The position numbers and the translations under genes are program-made. Source: Corallococcus silvisoli (GTDB lineage Bacteria; Myxococcota; Myxococcia; Myxococcales; Myxococcaceae). From it: a stretch of 64,000 nt of DNA. This document shows, in pieces, positions 27,977-36,993 of this stretch (positions within the stretch are counted from its first letter, which is position 1; each line of letters begins with the position of its first letter). The notes under the pieces are model-generated. The model saw only the letters and a program-made list of their open reading frames with translations, was not told the DNA's origin and did not search any database. The stretch covers positions 400,470 through 464,469 of the forward strand of contig NZ_JAAAPJ010000005.1 in assembly GCF_009909145.1 (NCBI RefSeq), in the 5' to 3' direction.

Positions 27977-28792
27977 ATGACACTTCGACGCATGGTCATC
28001 GCCCTGGGGCTCGTCCTGGCCCCGCAAGCCGCGCTCGCGCTGGATCCGCCCTGGGGGAAGGAAGAGAAGCTGCGTGAGCGCATGGTGCTGGAGTCCACCA
28101 AGGTGTGCACGGACGGCAAGGGCCACTACACCGTCCTCGTGCCGCAGACGCCGGAGCACGACGGAGAGCTGTACTACGGCGACGGCAAGACGTTCATGCA
28201 GGTGGCCCCCGTGGGCTACCCCAACGCCACGCAGGGCGACTTCTTCGAGCCCCGCTTCTTCAACGCCAAGGCCAACGAGAGCTTCCGCGGCGTGGACTAC
28301 CGGGTGGTCTCCGCCCTGCGGCTGAGCGAGGACGCCAAGACATGCACGCTGAGCTGCGGGGACCGCACCCTGCCGCAGCAGCCGGTGGCCGCGGAGCAGG
28401 CGAAGGAGCTCCTGCGCAAGTCCACCTTCACCCCCAGCCCGATGAAGTTCCAGCCGTACGCGCTGCTGCGGGACGACAAGGGCACGTACTACCTGGTGGA
28501 GCGCGGCCTGGGCACGGACAACAAGAGCTTCCGCATCTTCACGGGCCAGCGCGGCCAGGTGAAGCCGCAGAAGATGCTCAACGTCGTCACCGACTCGCAG
28601 GGAGAGATCTTCTCCACGCAGGGCGGCGACCTGCGCCTCGTGGTGGACCGCGAGGAGCCGTCCTTCTGGGTCGTGAAGAGCAAGCGCCAGAAGCTGCGCG
28701 CCGTGCCGGTGGGTGAGAACCTGCCCTTCATCTACAACGAGCTGGGCGTCTACACGGGCGCGCGGCTGGGCACGCCCTGCGACGACGTGTAG
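27977..28792 (+). CDS. Hypothetical secreted protein.
   Basis: Signal peptide MTLRRMVIALGLVLAPQAALA. Four Cys. No recognised domain. 17 nt after the previous gene. Confidence 0.55.
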   Translation: MTLRRMVIALGLVLAPQAALALDPPWGKEEKLRERMVLESTKVCTDGKGHYTVLVPQTPEHDGELYYGDGKTFMQVAPVGYPNATQGDFFEPRFFNAKANESFRGVDYRVVSALRLSEDAKTCTLSCGDRTLPQQPVAAEQAKELLRKSTFTPSPMKFQPYALLRDDKGTYYLVERGLGTDNKSFRIFTGQRGQVKPQKMLNVVTDSQGEIFSTQGGDLRLVVDREEPSFWVVKSKRQKLRAVPVGENLPFIYNELGVYTGARLGTPCDDV

Positions 28793-28822
28793 CGCCTCGG
28801 GGACGCACCGCCCCGGGCACGG

Positions 28823-31615
28823 TCAGCCGAGCACCTTCACGGCCTTGACCATGTCCGGGGCGAGCTCCGTGTCCTCCACGAGGGTGAACCCCAGCTTCTT
28901 GCTGACGGCCTGCATGGCGCGGTTGCGCGTGAGGATGTCCGCGACGATGCGGCGCAGGCCCCAGTCCCGGCCAATGTCCACGAGCCGCCGGAGCAGCTCC
29001 GTTCCCAGGCCCAGCCGCTGCGCCGGGTCGCTGACGGTGATGGCGAACTCCGCGTCCTTCGTGCCGCGCAGGCGCGTGAGCCGGCCCACCGCCAGAATCT
29101 CCCCCGAGCCCTTCAAGTCCGGCGAGCGCCGCTCCGCGACGAGCGCCATCTCCCGCGCGTAGTCGTTGAAGCAGATGCGCGCCAGCCGCTCGTGGGCCAC
29201 GCGCTGGCTGAGCTTCATCAGGCCCGCGTAGCGCATGAACACCGTCTGCTCCGACAGGGCCTGATGGAAGCGCCCCATGGCGGGCTCGTCCTCCGGACGG
29301 ATGGGCCGCACCATCAGCTGCTCGCCGTTCTTCAGCGTGAGCCACTGCGCGTACTGGTACGGGTACGGCTCGATGGCGAGCCCCGGCAGCTCCGCGGCGG
29401 TGACGCCCGGCGGGTGCAGCACCACGCGGGCATCCAGCGCGACGATGCGCTCCCCGGAGACGAGCAGCGGGTTGATGTCCAGCTCGCGAATGAAGCGCTG
29501 CTCCACCACCAGCTGGCTGAAGCGCACCATCAGCCGCTCCAGCGCGCCCAGGTCCACCGGGGCCTGGCCGCGCACGCCCTTGAGCGCCTGATGGATGCGC
29601 GTGCGCTCCATCATCCGCCGCGCCAGGGTGGTGTTGAGGGGTGGCAGCCCGAGCGCCCGGTCCTGGAACACCTCCACCAGCGTGCCGCCCGCGCCGAAGA
29701 GCAGCACCGGCCCGAACTGCGCGTCCAGGCTGCTGCCCAGGATGAGCTCGTAGCCGTCCCGCTTCGCCATGGGCTGCACGGTGACGCCGTGGAACGCGTC
29801 CGACAGGCCCCGCTCCGCGAGCGCGTCGCGGATGGCGCGGTACGCCTGGCGCACCTGGGCCTCGTCGCGCAGGTCCAGGCGCACGCCGCCCACGTCCGTC
29901 TTGTGCGTCACCGTGAGCGAGTGCAGCTTGAGCACCACGGGGAAGCCCAGCCCGCGGGCCTTCTCCAGGGCCTCGTCCTCGGAGGTGGCGAGCCACGTCT
30001 CCACGGTGGGGATGCCGTAGGTGGCCAGCAGGCGCTTGGACTCGTATTCGGACAGGAGGGTGCGGCCGGCGGCGCGGGCCTCGTCCACCAGGGCGCGCGC
30101 CACGTCGCGGCCCCCGCCGGTGGGCTCCTCCGCCAGGGTGGGCGTTTCATAGAGCCCGGCGAGGTTGTCCGAATAGCGCCACATGAAGTTGAAGACGCGC
30201 GCGGCGGTGTCCGGGTAGCTGAAGGTCGGGATGCCCGCGTCATTGAGGATGCGCTCGCCCGCGGCGACCTCGGAGCCACCCATCCAGCTCGCGAGCACGG
30301 GCTTGCCCGGCAGCTTCGCGTAGCCCTTGAGGCGATCCGCCGTCTGGGTGGGCTCGGTCATGTCCTGCGGGGTGAGGATGACGAGCAGGCCGTCGCTGTT
30401 GGGGTCCGCGCCGGTGGTCTCCAGGGCCTTCGCGTAGCGCTCCGCGTCCGCGTCCCCCAGGATGTCCACCGGGTTGGCGTGACTCCACGGGGGCGGCAGG
30501 AAGCCGTCCAGCCGCGCGCGGGTGGTGTCGGACAGCACGGCCAGCTCCCCGCCTCCGGAGACGAGCGCGTCGGTGGCGAGCACGGCGGGGCCGCCCGCGT
30601 TGGTGAGCAGCGTGAGCCTGCGGCCGGAGGGCCGGGGCTGGCGGGCCAGCACCTCCGCCATGTGGAACAGGTCCTCGATGGAGTCCACGCGCAGGACGCC
30701 CGCGCGGCGGAAGGCGGCGCTCAGCACCTCGTCGCTGCCGGCGAGCGTGCCGGTGTGGGACGCGGCGGCCTGCGCGGCCTGCGCGGTGCGGCCGGCCTTG
30801 ATGACGATGATGGGCTTGGTGAGGGCCACCTCGCGCGCGGCGGAGAGGAACGCGCGCGCGTCGCCGATGGACTCCATGTAGATGAGGATGGAGCGCGTCA
30901 TCGGATCATCCGCGAGGTAGTCGATGAGGTCGCCCCACCCCACGTCCAGCATGGAGCCCACGGACACGAAGGCGCTGAAGCCCACGGCTTCGCGCAGGCT
31001 CCAGTCGAGGATGGAGGTGAGCAGCGCGCCGGACTGGCTGATGAAGGCCACGTTTCCGGGCCGGGCCATGCCCTTCGCGAACGTGGCGTTGAAGCCGCCC
31101 GTGGGGCGCATCACGCCCAGGCAGTTGGGCCCGATGATGCGCAGGTTCGCGCCCTGCGCGAGGCGGAGCACCTCCTGCTCCAGCTTGACGCCCTCCGACC
31201 CGGTCTCCTTGAAGCCCGCGGAGAGGATGATGGCGCCCTTGACGCCGACCTCCGCGCACTCGCGGATGATGTCCGGCACCGACGCCGCGGGCGTGACGAT
31301 GACGGCCAGGTCCACGGCCTCCGGCAGCGCGCGCACGGACGGCCACGCCTTGATGCCGAGCACGTTGGGGCGCCGCGGGTTGACGGGGTAGACGGTGCCG
31401 CCGAACGGGCTGCTGATGAGGTTCCAGAGCACGGTGCGGCCCACGCTGCCGGCGCGCTCGCTCGCCCCCACCACCGCGACGCTCCTGGGCGCGAAGAGGA
31501 CCTCCAGCGGATGGCGCGTGCGCTGGTGGAGCAGGTCGATGGAGGGGTCCGTCCGGGCCGGGGGGCTGGCGGGGCGCTGCTCGTCCATGGTGCGCTCTTC
31601 TGCGGTGGGGGCCAT
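28823..31615 (-). CDS. Pat-like protein lysine acetyltransferase: NDP-forming acyl-CoA synthetase (CoA-binding + succinyl-CoA-ligase-like + ATP-grasp) fused to a C-terminal GNAT domain.
   Basis: 930 aa. CoA-binding N-terminus ([17 protein letters not shown]). ATP-grasp region. GNAT block at the C-terminus. Same architecture as enterobacterial Pat. Confidence 0.75.
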   Translation of the reverse strand: MAPTAEERTMDEQRPASPPARTDPSIDLLHQRTRHPLEVLFAPRSVAVVGASERAGSVGRTVLWNLISSPFGGTVYPVNPRRPNVLGIKAWPSVRALPEAVDLAVIVTPAASVPDIIRECAEVGVKGAIILSAGFKETGSEGVKLEQEVLRLAQGANLRIIGPNCLGVMRPTGGFNATFAKGMARPGNVAFISQSGALLTSILDWSLREAVGFSAFVSVGSMLDVGWGDLIDYLADDPMTRSILIYMESIGDARAFLSAAREVALTKPIIVIKAGRTAQAAQAAASHTGTLAGSDEVLSAAFRRAGVLRVDSIEDLFHMAEVLARQPRPSGRRLTLLTNAGGPAVLATDALVSGGGELAVLSDTTRARLDGFLPPPWSHANPVDILGDADAERYAKALETTGADPNSDGLLVILTPQDMTEPTQTADRLKGYAKLPGKPVLASWMGGSEVAAGERILNDAGIPTFSYPDTAARVFNFMWRYSDNLAGLYETPTLAEEPTGGGRDVARALVDEARAAGRTLLSEYESKRLLATYGIPTVETWLATSEDEALEKARGLGFPVVLKLHSLTVTHKTDVGGVRLDLRDEAQVRQAYRAIRDALAERGLSDAFHGVTVQPMAKRDGYELILGSSLDAQFGPVLLFGAGGTLVEVFQDRALGLPPLNTTLARRMMERTRIHQALKGVRGQAPVDLGALERLMVRFSQLVVEQRFIRELDINPLLVSGERIVALDARVVLHPPGVTAAELPGLAIEPYPYQYAQWLTLKNGEQLMVRPIRPEDEPAMGRFHQALSEQTVFMRYAGLMKLSQRVAHERLARICFNDYAREMALVAERRSPDLKGSGEILAVGRLTRLRGTKDAEFAITVSDPAQRLGLGTELLRRLVDIGRDWGLRRIVADILTRNRAMQAVSKKLGFTLVEDTELAPDMVKAVKVLG

Positions 31616-31744
31616 TCCGGATCAATTTCCGGACGGTCCCCATCGTGCACCAGTTGGAAGGAAGAGGACGGGAGGGGGGAGGGTCCCCTGTCCGGTTCCG
31701 AATCCGGGCGGACGGCCGGACGCGCCGCCGTCCCCGCGCTCTGA

Positions 31745-32638
31745 CTACGACGCGCGGGCCTGCTCCACCACCGGCTTGAGCACGGCGCCGGCGAACTCCG
31801 CCAGCGTGGTGGGCGTGGTCGTGTCCAGGGAGCGCGGCTCGGACGCATCCATGCGGCCTTCCTTGATGGCGCCGTACATCTCCGTGAGCGTGTCCGCCAT
31901 CCAGCCCGGCAGGCCCGCGCCCGTCATTCCGTGGCGCAGGTCCTCCAGCCCCACCTGCACGTACTTCACGGGCTGCCCCAGCACCTGCGTGAGGATGCGG
32001 GCCACCTCGGGATAGGTGAGGTCCTTGGGCCCGTGCACGCCCACGTAGCGGTGGCCCTTCCACGACGCGTCCGTCAGGACCTCCGCGGCCTTGCTCGCGA
32101 TGTCCGCCGCGGCCACCATCGGGAAGGCCCGCTCCGGCGACATGACGCTGTAGAGCGCGCCCGCCTTCGCCAGGCCGTGCACGTCGCGCAGCAGGTTCTC
32201 CATGAAGAAGCCCGCCCGCAGGCTGGTGACATGGGGCGCCGCCGCCTGGAAGGCCTCCTCGATGGGCTTGAGCGTGGACACCGGGCCCGTGCCCGCGCCG
32301 TTCTGCGCGCCCACGCTGGAGAGCACCACCACGCGCTGCACGCCGTGCGCCTTCACCGCGGCCGCCGCCTGCCGGGCCGCGTCCGTCGCCCAGGTGAAGA
32401 AGTCCGGCCGGGCCGGCGGGGGCGACAGCCAGAACAGCGCCTCCGCGCCCTTGAGCGCCGCGTCCAGCGTGGCCTTCTCGTCGATGGAGCCCTTCACCAC
32501 CGCCGCGCCCAGCTTCGCCAGGTCCGCCACCTTCCCTGGATCGCGGGCGATGATCGTGACCTTCCGGCCCGCCTTCAGCAGCTTCTGCACGAGGGGACGG
32601 CCGATGTTGCCATTCGGGGTGTTGATGACGATGGACAT
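31745..32638 (-). CDS. NmrA-family NAD(P)-binding protein (atypical SDR).
   Basis: N-terminal Rossmann GxxGxxG-like NTPNGNIGRPLVQKLL. ~297 aa. Start at MSIVINTPNG, inside the longer ORF 31745..33628. Confidence 0.75.
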   Translation of the reverse strand: MSIVINTPNGNIGRPLVQKLLKAGRKVTIIARDPGKVADLAKLGAAVVKGSIDEKATLDAALKGAEALFWLSPPPARPDFFTWATDAARQAAAAVKAHGVQRVVVLSSVGAQNGAGTGPVSTLKPIEEAFQAAAPHVTSLRAGFFMENLLRDVHGLAKAGALYSVMSPERAFPMVAAADIASKAAEVLTDASWKGHRYVGVHGPKDLTYPEVARILTQVLGQPVKYVQVGLEDLRHGMTGAGLPGWMADTLTEMYGAIKEGRMDASEPRSLDTTTPTTLAEFAGAVLKPVVEQARAS

Positions 32639-32707
32639 GGGGTGCCTCCAGCGACAGCGAGATGGCACCACAGTGCCCCCCGGCACATCATGAGGCCACT
32701 GCATGCT

Positions 32708-33721
32708 ATGCATGTCTCCATGCGCCGCGTTCATGAAACCCCGACGCCTCCCCCCGCCGAGGTGGACCTCACCGGCATCAACCTCAACCTGATGGTGGCG
32801 CTGGACGCGCTGCTCAGGGAGGCCCACGTCACCCGCGCCGCGGCCCGCGTGGGCCTCACCCAGTCCGCGATGAGCCACGCGCTCGCGCAGCTTCGGGCGC
32901 TGCTGGGTGACGCGCTCCTCATCCGGGGCCGGGGCGGCATGGTGCTGACGCCGCGCGCGGAGCAGCTCGCCGCGCCGCTGCGGCGGGGGCTGGCGGAGCT
33001 GCAGCGCGCCCTGCGCAACGAGCCCCCCTTCGAGCCCGCCACCGCGTCGCGCCGCTTCACCGTGGCCACGCGCGACTACTTCGGCTCGGTGCTCCTGCCC
33101 GGAGCGCTGGAGCTGCTGGGCCGCGAGGCGCCCGGCGTGGACCTGTCGGTGCGGCACGTGGAGAGCAGCACCTTCCCCGCGCTCCTGGAGACCGGCGAGG
33201 TGGACCTGGTCGTCGTCACGCCGCCCGTGGAGTCCGGGCCCGGCCTGCGCCAGCAGAAGCTGTTCACCGAGGACTTCGTCTGCGTGGTGCGCAAGGACCA
33301 CCCGGCCGTGCGCCGGACATTGGACCTGGACACCTACCTGAAGCTCTCCCACGTCCTCATCAGCCCGCGCGGCGACGGCGTGGGCGCGGTGGACGTGGCC
33401 CTGGCGCAACGCGGCCTGCCCCCGCGCCGCATCGCGCTGCGCGTGCCCTACTTCCTCATCGCGCCCCTGGTCGTGACGCGCTCCGACCACGTCCTCACCG
33501 CGCCCCGCCGCCTTATCGCCGCGTTCAGCGAGACCTATCCACTCCAGGTCCTGGCCCCGCCCCTGCCCATCCCCCCCTTCGACATCATCCAGGTCTGGCA
33601 CGAGCGCTTCGACGGGGACCCCGCGCACCAGTGGCTGCGGGGACTCGTGGCGCGAGCCGTCGGACTGAGGTCGGAAAACACCCGGAGTTCACGACGGGTG
33701 CGGCGCGCGAGCGCTTCCTGA
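32708..33721 (+). CDS. LysR-family transcriptional regulator (divergent from the NmrA gene).
   Basis: HTH (LNLMVALDALLREAHVTRAAARVGLTQSAMSHALAQLR) plus a LysR substrate-binding domain. A start at 32720 is also possible. Confidence 0.8.
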   Translation: MHVSMRRVHETPTPPPAEVDLTGINLNLMVALDALLREAHVTRAAARVGLTQSAMSHALAQLRALLGDALLIRGRGGMVLTPRAEQLAAPLRRGLAELQRALRNEPPFEPATASRRFTVATRDYFGSVLLPGALELLGREAPGVDLSVRHVESSTFPALLETGEVDLVVVTPPVESGPGLRQQKLFTEDFVCVVRKDHPAVRRTLDLDTYLKLSHVLISPRGDGVGAVDVALAQRGLPPRRIALRVPYFLIAPLVVTRSDHVLTAPRRLIAAFSETYPLQVLAPPLPIPPFDIIQVWHERFDGDPAHQWLRGLVARAVGLRSENTRSSRRVRRASAS

Positions 33722-33791
33722 CACTCGAGAATCGCGACACTGAACGTCAGTACACAGGTGGGGGAGCATCGCATGGGGGGCATCGTGTAGG

Positions 33792-34418
33792 GTGCGCCCC
33801 ATGAATCCTGAGAAGCTTGTCTTCGCGCAGACCGTCGAAGCGCTCTTCGTCCGAGCGCTGGAGAACCGACTGACGCCCGCGTGCCGCGAGCACCTGAAGA
33901 GGGCCGGACTGGACCTCGACCGCAAGCTGGAGCGCGCCTATTCGCTGGAGCAGTGGCGGGAGTTCCTGCGGATCGCCGCCGGCCACGTCTATGGCGGCGT
34001 GCCCGCGGAGGCCGCGTACTACTCCCTGGGCGAGCGCTTCATGGATGCCTACTTCGGCACCTTCTTTGGCCGCGCGCTGCTGGGCGTGGGCCGGCTGGCC
34101 GGTCCCCGGAGGCTGCTGCTGCGCGCGGACCTGGGCTTTCGCGCCGGCAACAACTTCAGTGAAATCAAAATCGTGGAGCGCGGCGCGACAGCGTTGGAGC
34201 TCTGGATGAACGACGTGCTGGCGGACCAGCCGACGTTCGCGGCGGGCCTGCTGGCGCGGGCGGTGGAGCTGTGCGGGGGCTGGCGGGTGGTGGCGCTGCC
34301 GGAGGAGTTCGACGGCACCGCGGCGACGTTCCACCTGCGCTGGAGCGAGGCCCCCGCCGAGTCGGCGCTCAACGCCACTGAGGATGGGTCCTCAGGCGAC
34401 GCTCGACCTCAGGCGTGA
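33792..34418 (+). CDS. DUF2378 (TIGR02265-like) myxobacterial paralogous-family protein.
   Basis: ~205 aa cytoplasmic protein whose sequence resembles the Myxococcus-specific TIGR02265 family. An ATG at 33801 is an alternative start. Confidence 0.55.
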   Translation: MRPMNPEKLVFAQTVEALFVRALENRLTPACREHLKRAGLDLDRKLERAYSLEQWREFLRIAAGHVYGGVPAEAAYYSLGERFMDAYFGTFFGRALLGVGRLAGPRRLLLRADLGFRAGNNFSEIKIVERGATALELWMNDVLADQPTFAAGLLARAVELCGGWRVVALPEEFDGTAATFHLRWSEAPAESALNATEDGSSGDARPQA

Positions 34419-35214
34419 GGGTGGCCCCATGGGGCGCCCGGGAGGAGGAGCGCTCCCAGCGCTCGAGCCACCGGGACCCCAGCGGGGTGGTCAGGGATTC
34501 CCAGCGGGTCGAGGCCACGGTGGTCTCCCCCTTGGTGCCGGTGGAGACGCCGGCCCCCACGAAGAACCCCGCGAGCAGCAGCGTGACGCGGGTGGGCGTG
34601 GCGGCGCTGTAGGTCATCAGCAGGGCGCCCTCCCCGTCCTCTCGGCAGTGGCGGCGCACCCGGGCGAGCACGGCTTCGGTCCACATGTCCGGGTTGGACG
34701 CCGGCGAGAACGGATCGAAGAAGACGAGGTCGGCCGTGGGCAGGGCCCCCTCCAGGTACGGCACCGCGTCCCCCAGGTGGAGGGTCCACTGGAGGCCGGG
34801 CTCCTCCCAGGTGCCGTGGCGCATGAGGGCTTCGGCGGCCGGGCGGAAGGGCTGGAGGAAGGGGAAGCCCTCCGCGTCCGCGAGGGCCAGGCGCAGCGGG
34901 GCCAGGTCCACCTCGAAGCTGACGACATGCAGGTCGCGGGCGCGCTCCGGGCCCAGCTCCCGGGCGCGGGTGAGCGCGGCGACGGCGTTGGTGGCGGCGC
35001 CCAGGCCCACGTCGTGGATGACGAGCGGCGGCCCCGGCTGGCGCAGGCGGTCCGCGAGGCCGGGTTGATCCACGTAGAGGCGCAGGGCCTCCTGCCAGGG
35101 CCCCACTGCGGGGTGCATGACCTCCCCGTGGCCCAGGTGCCGCACGGCGCGGTGGCCGTTGCGGAGGGTGACGAGCTCGAAGTCGCCGTCGCGCGGGTGG
35201 GAGGGCTCGGACAT
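34369..35214 (-). CDS. MnmC-like SAM-dependent methyltransferase domain protein (DUF752 type), without the FAD oxidase domain.
   Basis: Motifs IHDVGLGAATN and VFFDPFSP, typical of the MnmC N-terminal methyltransferase domain. ~280 aa. Its 3' end overlaps the convergent gene by ~50 bp. Confidence 0.55.
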   Translation of the reverse strand: MSEPSHPRDGDFELVTLRNGHRAVRHLGHGEVMHPAVGPWQEALRLYVDQPGLADRLRQPGPPLVIHDVGLGAATNAVAALTRARELGPERARDLHVVSFEVDLAPLRLALADAEGFPFLQPFRPAAEALMRHGTWEEPGLQWTLHLGDAVPYLEGALPTADLVFFDPFSPASNPDMWTEAVLARVRRHCREDGEGALLMTYSAATPTRVTLLLAGFFVGAGVSTGTKGETTVASTRWESLTTPLGSRWLERWERSSSRAPHGATLTPEVERRLRTHPQWR

Positions 35215-35269
35215 GGGACGTGAGGCTCCTGGCCTGGAAGGGACGCGTGGGAAAGGATGGGTCCCTAGC

Positions 35270-36259
35270 ATGACGATTCCAGGGCAGGAACATCGCGGCG
35301 GGCTCCACGGGGAGGACGTCCGTCACGGGGAGGCGCACTTCGCGGGGGGCCGGGTGCGGCTGTCGCTCCGGGTGGATGCGCACACGCGGGCCATCCTGGC
35401 GGCGGCCTGGGAGGCGCCGGCCAGCGTGGACGCGGGGCACCCCCTGGCGGCGTGCCTGGAGTCGCTGTGCCAGAACGCGGTGGGCATCGGGGTGGACCAG
35501 TTCCTGCGCTTCGACGACTTCCATCTGCGCGCGGGCTGTCCGGAGGGGCTGGAGGCGACGGAGGAGGCAGGACTCGCGGTGCGGGTGTTCCGCTCCGCCT
35601 TCAGCCAGTTCCATCCCCGGGCCACCGGGCCCGCGTACCTGTCCAGCGGGCTGGTGCTGGCGAAGCTGCCCCACGGCACCCGGGCGGACTGGGAGGAGCC
35701 CGGGTTCTACTTCGCGCACTACTACCGCGAGGAGCTGTGGTCGGCGGCGGTGGAGGAGGCACGCCAGGGCGGCGTGCTGGGGCCGCGCGCGGCGTGCGCG
35801 TACATCGACGCGCTGCTGGCGAAGGCCGACGACACGGTGGAGCTGGACTGGCCCGTGCAAGAAGGCGCGGCGACCTGGGACTGGCTGACGCGCGTCTGCC
35901 TGCCTTCGGTGGCGGGGGGCGCGGAGCGGGCGCGGCGCCTGCTGGAAGGCGGCTATGGCGGCGCGAGCGGCACGGGGAGCTTTCCGTTCGGCCACCTGGA
36001 CGGTGGCCCGTGGCATCCGCCGGAGGGCCTGCCCGAGCCACGGGGCGTGGGACACGCGGAGTTCATCATCGGGGACCTGGAGCACCTGCTGCCGGAGCTG
36101 CCCCGGGGCGGCATCCTGCTGGCCGCGCCCCGCTGGATGGCGGTGGGACAGACGCCGGATTCGCCAACGGTGCGCAGGGCCGGAATCACAGCCGCGGAGG
36201 CCGGAGGGTTCGGCCTGTTCAACGCGGCGGCGCACGAAATGGATGAAGCGGATGATTGA
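35270..36259 (+). CDS. Hypothetical protein.
   Basis: GC3-biased ORF with an upstream GGA-rich RBS. No recognised domain. Confidence 0.45.
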   Translation: MTIPGQEHRGGLHGEDVRHGEAHFAGGRVRLSLRVDAHTRAILAAAWEAPASVDAGHPLAACLESLCQNAVGIGVDQFLRFDDFHLRAGCPEGLEATEEAGLAVRVFRSAFSQFHPRATGPAYLSSGLVLAKLPHGTRADWEEPGFYFAHYYREELWSAAVEEARQGGVLGPRAACAYIDALLAKADDTVELDWPVQEGAATWDWLTRVCLPSVAGGAERARRLLEGGYGGASGTGSFPFGHLDGGPWHPPEGLPEPRGVGHAEFIIGDLEHLLPELPRGGILLAAPRWMAVGQTPDSPTVRRAGITAAEAGGFGLFNAAAHEMDEADD

Positions 36260-36294
36260 GCGCGGGCGTCAACGCGCATCGTCTCGGGGGGGCC

Positions 36295-36843
36295 ATGACG
36301 CCCGAACGCGGTGACAGCGTGGTCGACGTGCTTCGGCGTCTGGGATTCGCGGCCATCGCCCGGGATGGGAGCGGAGGCCAGACTGTCATGGTCAGCCTGC
36401 CCTGTTTCGCCACGGGGACACCGCCCGTCGTCGGCTATCGCGACGCAGTGATTCTCCGGGAGACGCCTGACGGCTGGAGGGTCCTGCCGGTGCAGATGCT
36501 GGAGCGCCACTTCGGGACCTTCGAAGCGGCGGTCGAATCCATGCGCGATTGTCTGGAGCTCACCCGCACGGTGGACCTGCTGAAGGCGCGGGGCTTCCAT
36601 GCGCGCCGGCACCGGGACTTCGGCGAAGACACCCTCCTCGTCAGTCTTCCCACCCAGCGGGCCCGTGATCCGCGAAACATCCAGGGGTGGCTCAAGACGC
36701 TGCGTCTTCGACGGGAGCAGGCGGATCGGTGGATTGTTTCAACCGACACACAGGAGCCACGCGAAGCCGAGGCCGTGGTCTTCTCCAGCCTCGACGCCGC
36801 GGCCACCTTCCTCCGCGAGCAGCTCACGCCGCCAGCCCCTTGA
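36295..36843 (+). CDS. Hypothetical protein with atypical (lower GC3) codon usage.
   Basis: ATG at 36295, inside ORF 36256..36843. Many A/T-ending codons (ggt, ctt, cgt, gga, act, tgt, tat, gat, agt), unlike its neighbours. Confidence 0.4.
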   Translation: MTPERGDSVVDVLRRLGFAAIARDGSGGQTVMVSLPCFATGTPPVVGYRDAVILRETPDGWRVLPVQMLERHFGTFEAAVESMRDCLELTRTVDLLKARGFHARRHRDFGEDTLLVSLPTQRARDPRNIQGWLKTLRLRREQADRWIVSTDTQEPREAEAVVFSSLDAAATFLREQLTPPAP

Positions 36844-36993
36844 GGATCCGGGGCCGCTGAGCAATCCCAGAGGATTTTTTCACGCGTTGCCCATCCACCC
36901 GACGCACTGATAAGCCCCGCCCGAGATTGTTCACGTCGAGCTGGTCCCGGACGTTCGCGTTCGCGCCAGCCCTCGCGGCTCGGAGTTCGTTCG

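Noticed and set aside
28728-31744. 422-aa (-) and 850-aa (+) ORFs overlapping the Pat-like gene.
   Set aside because: Alternate-frame and antisense artefacts. The Pat frame has CoA-binding, ATP-grasp and GNAT motifs.
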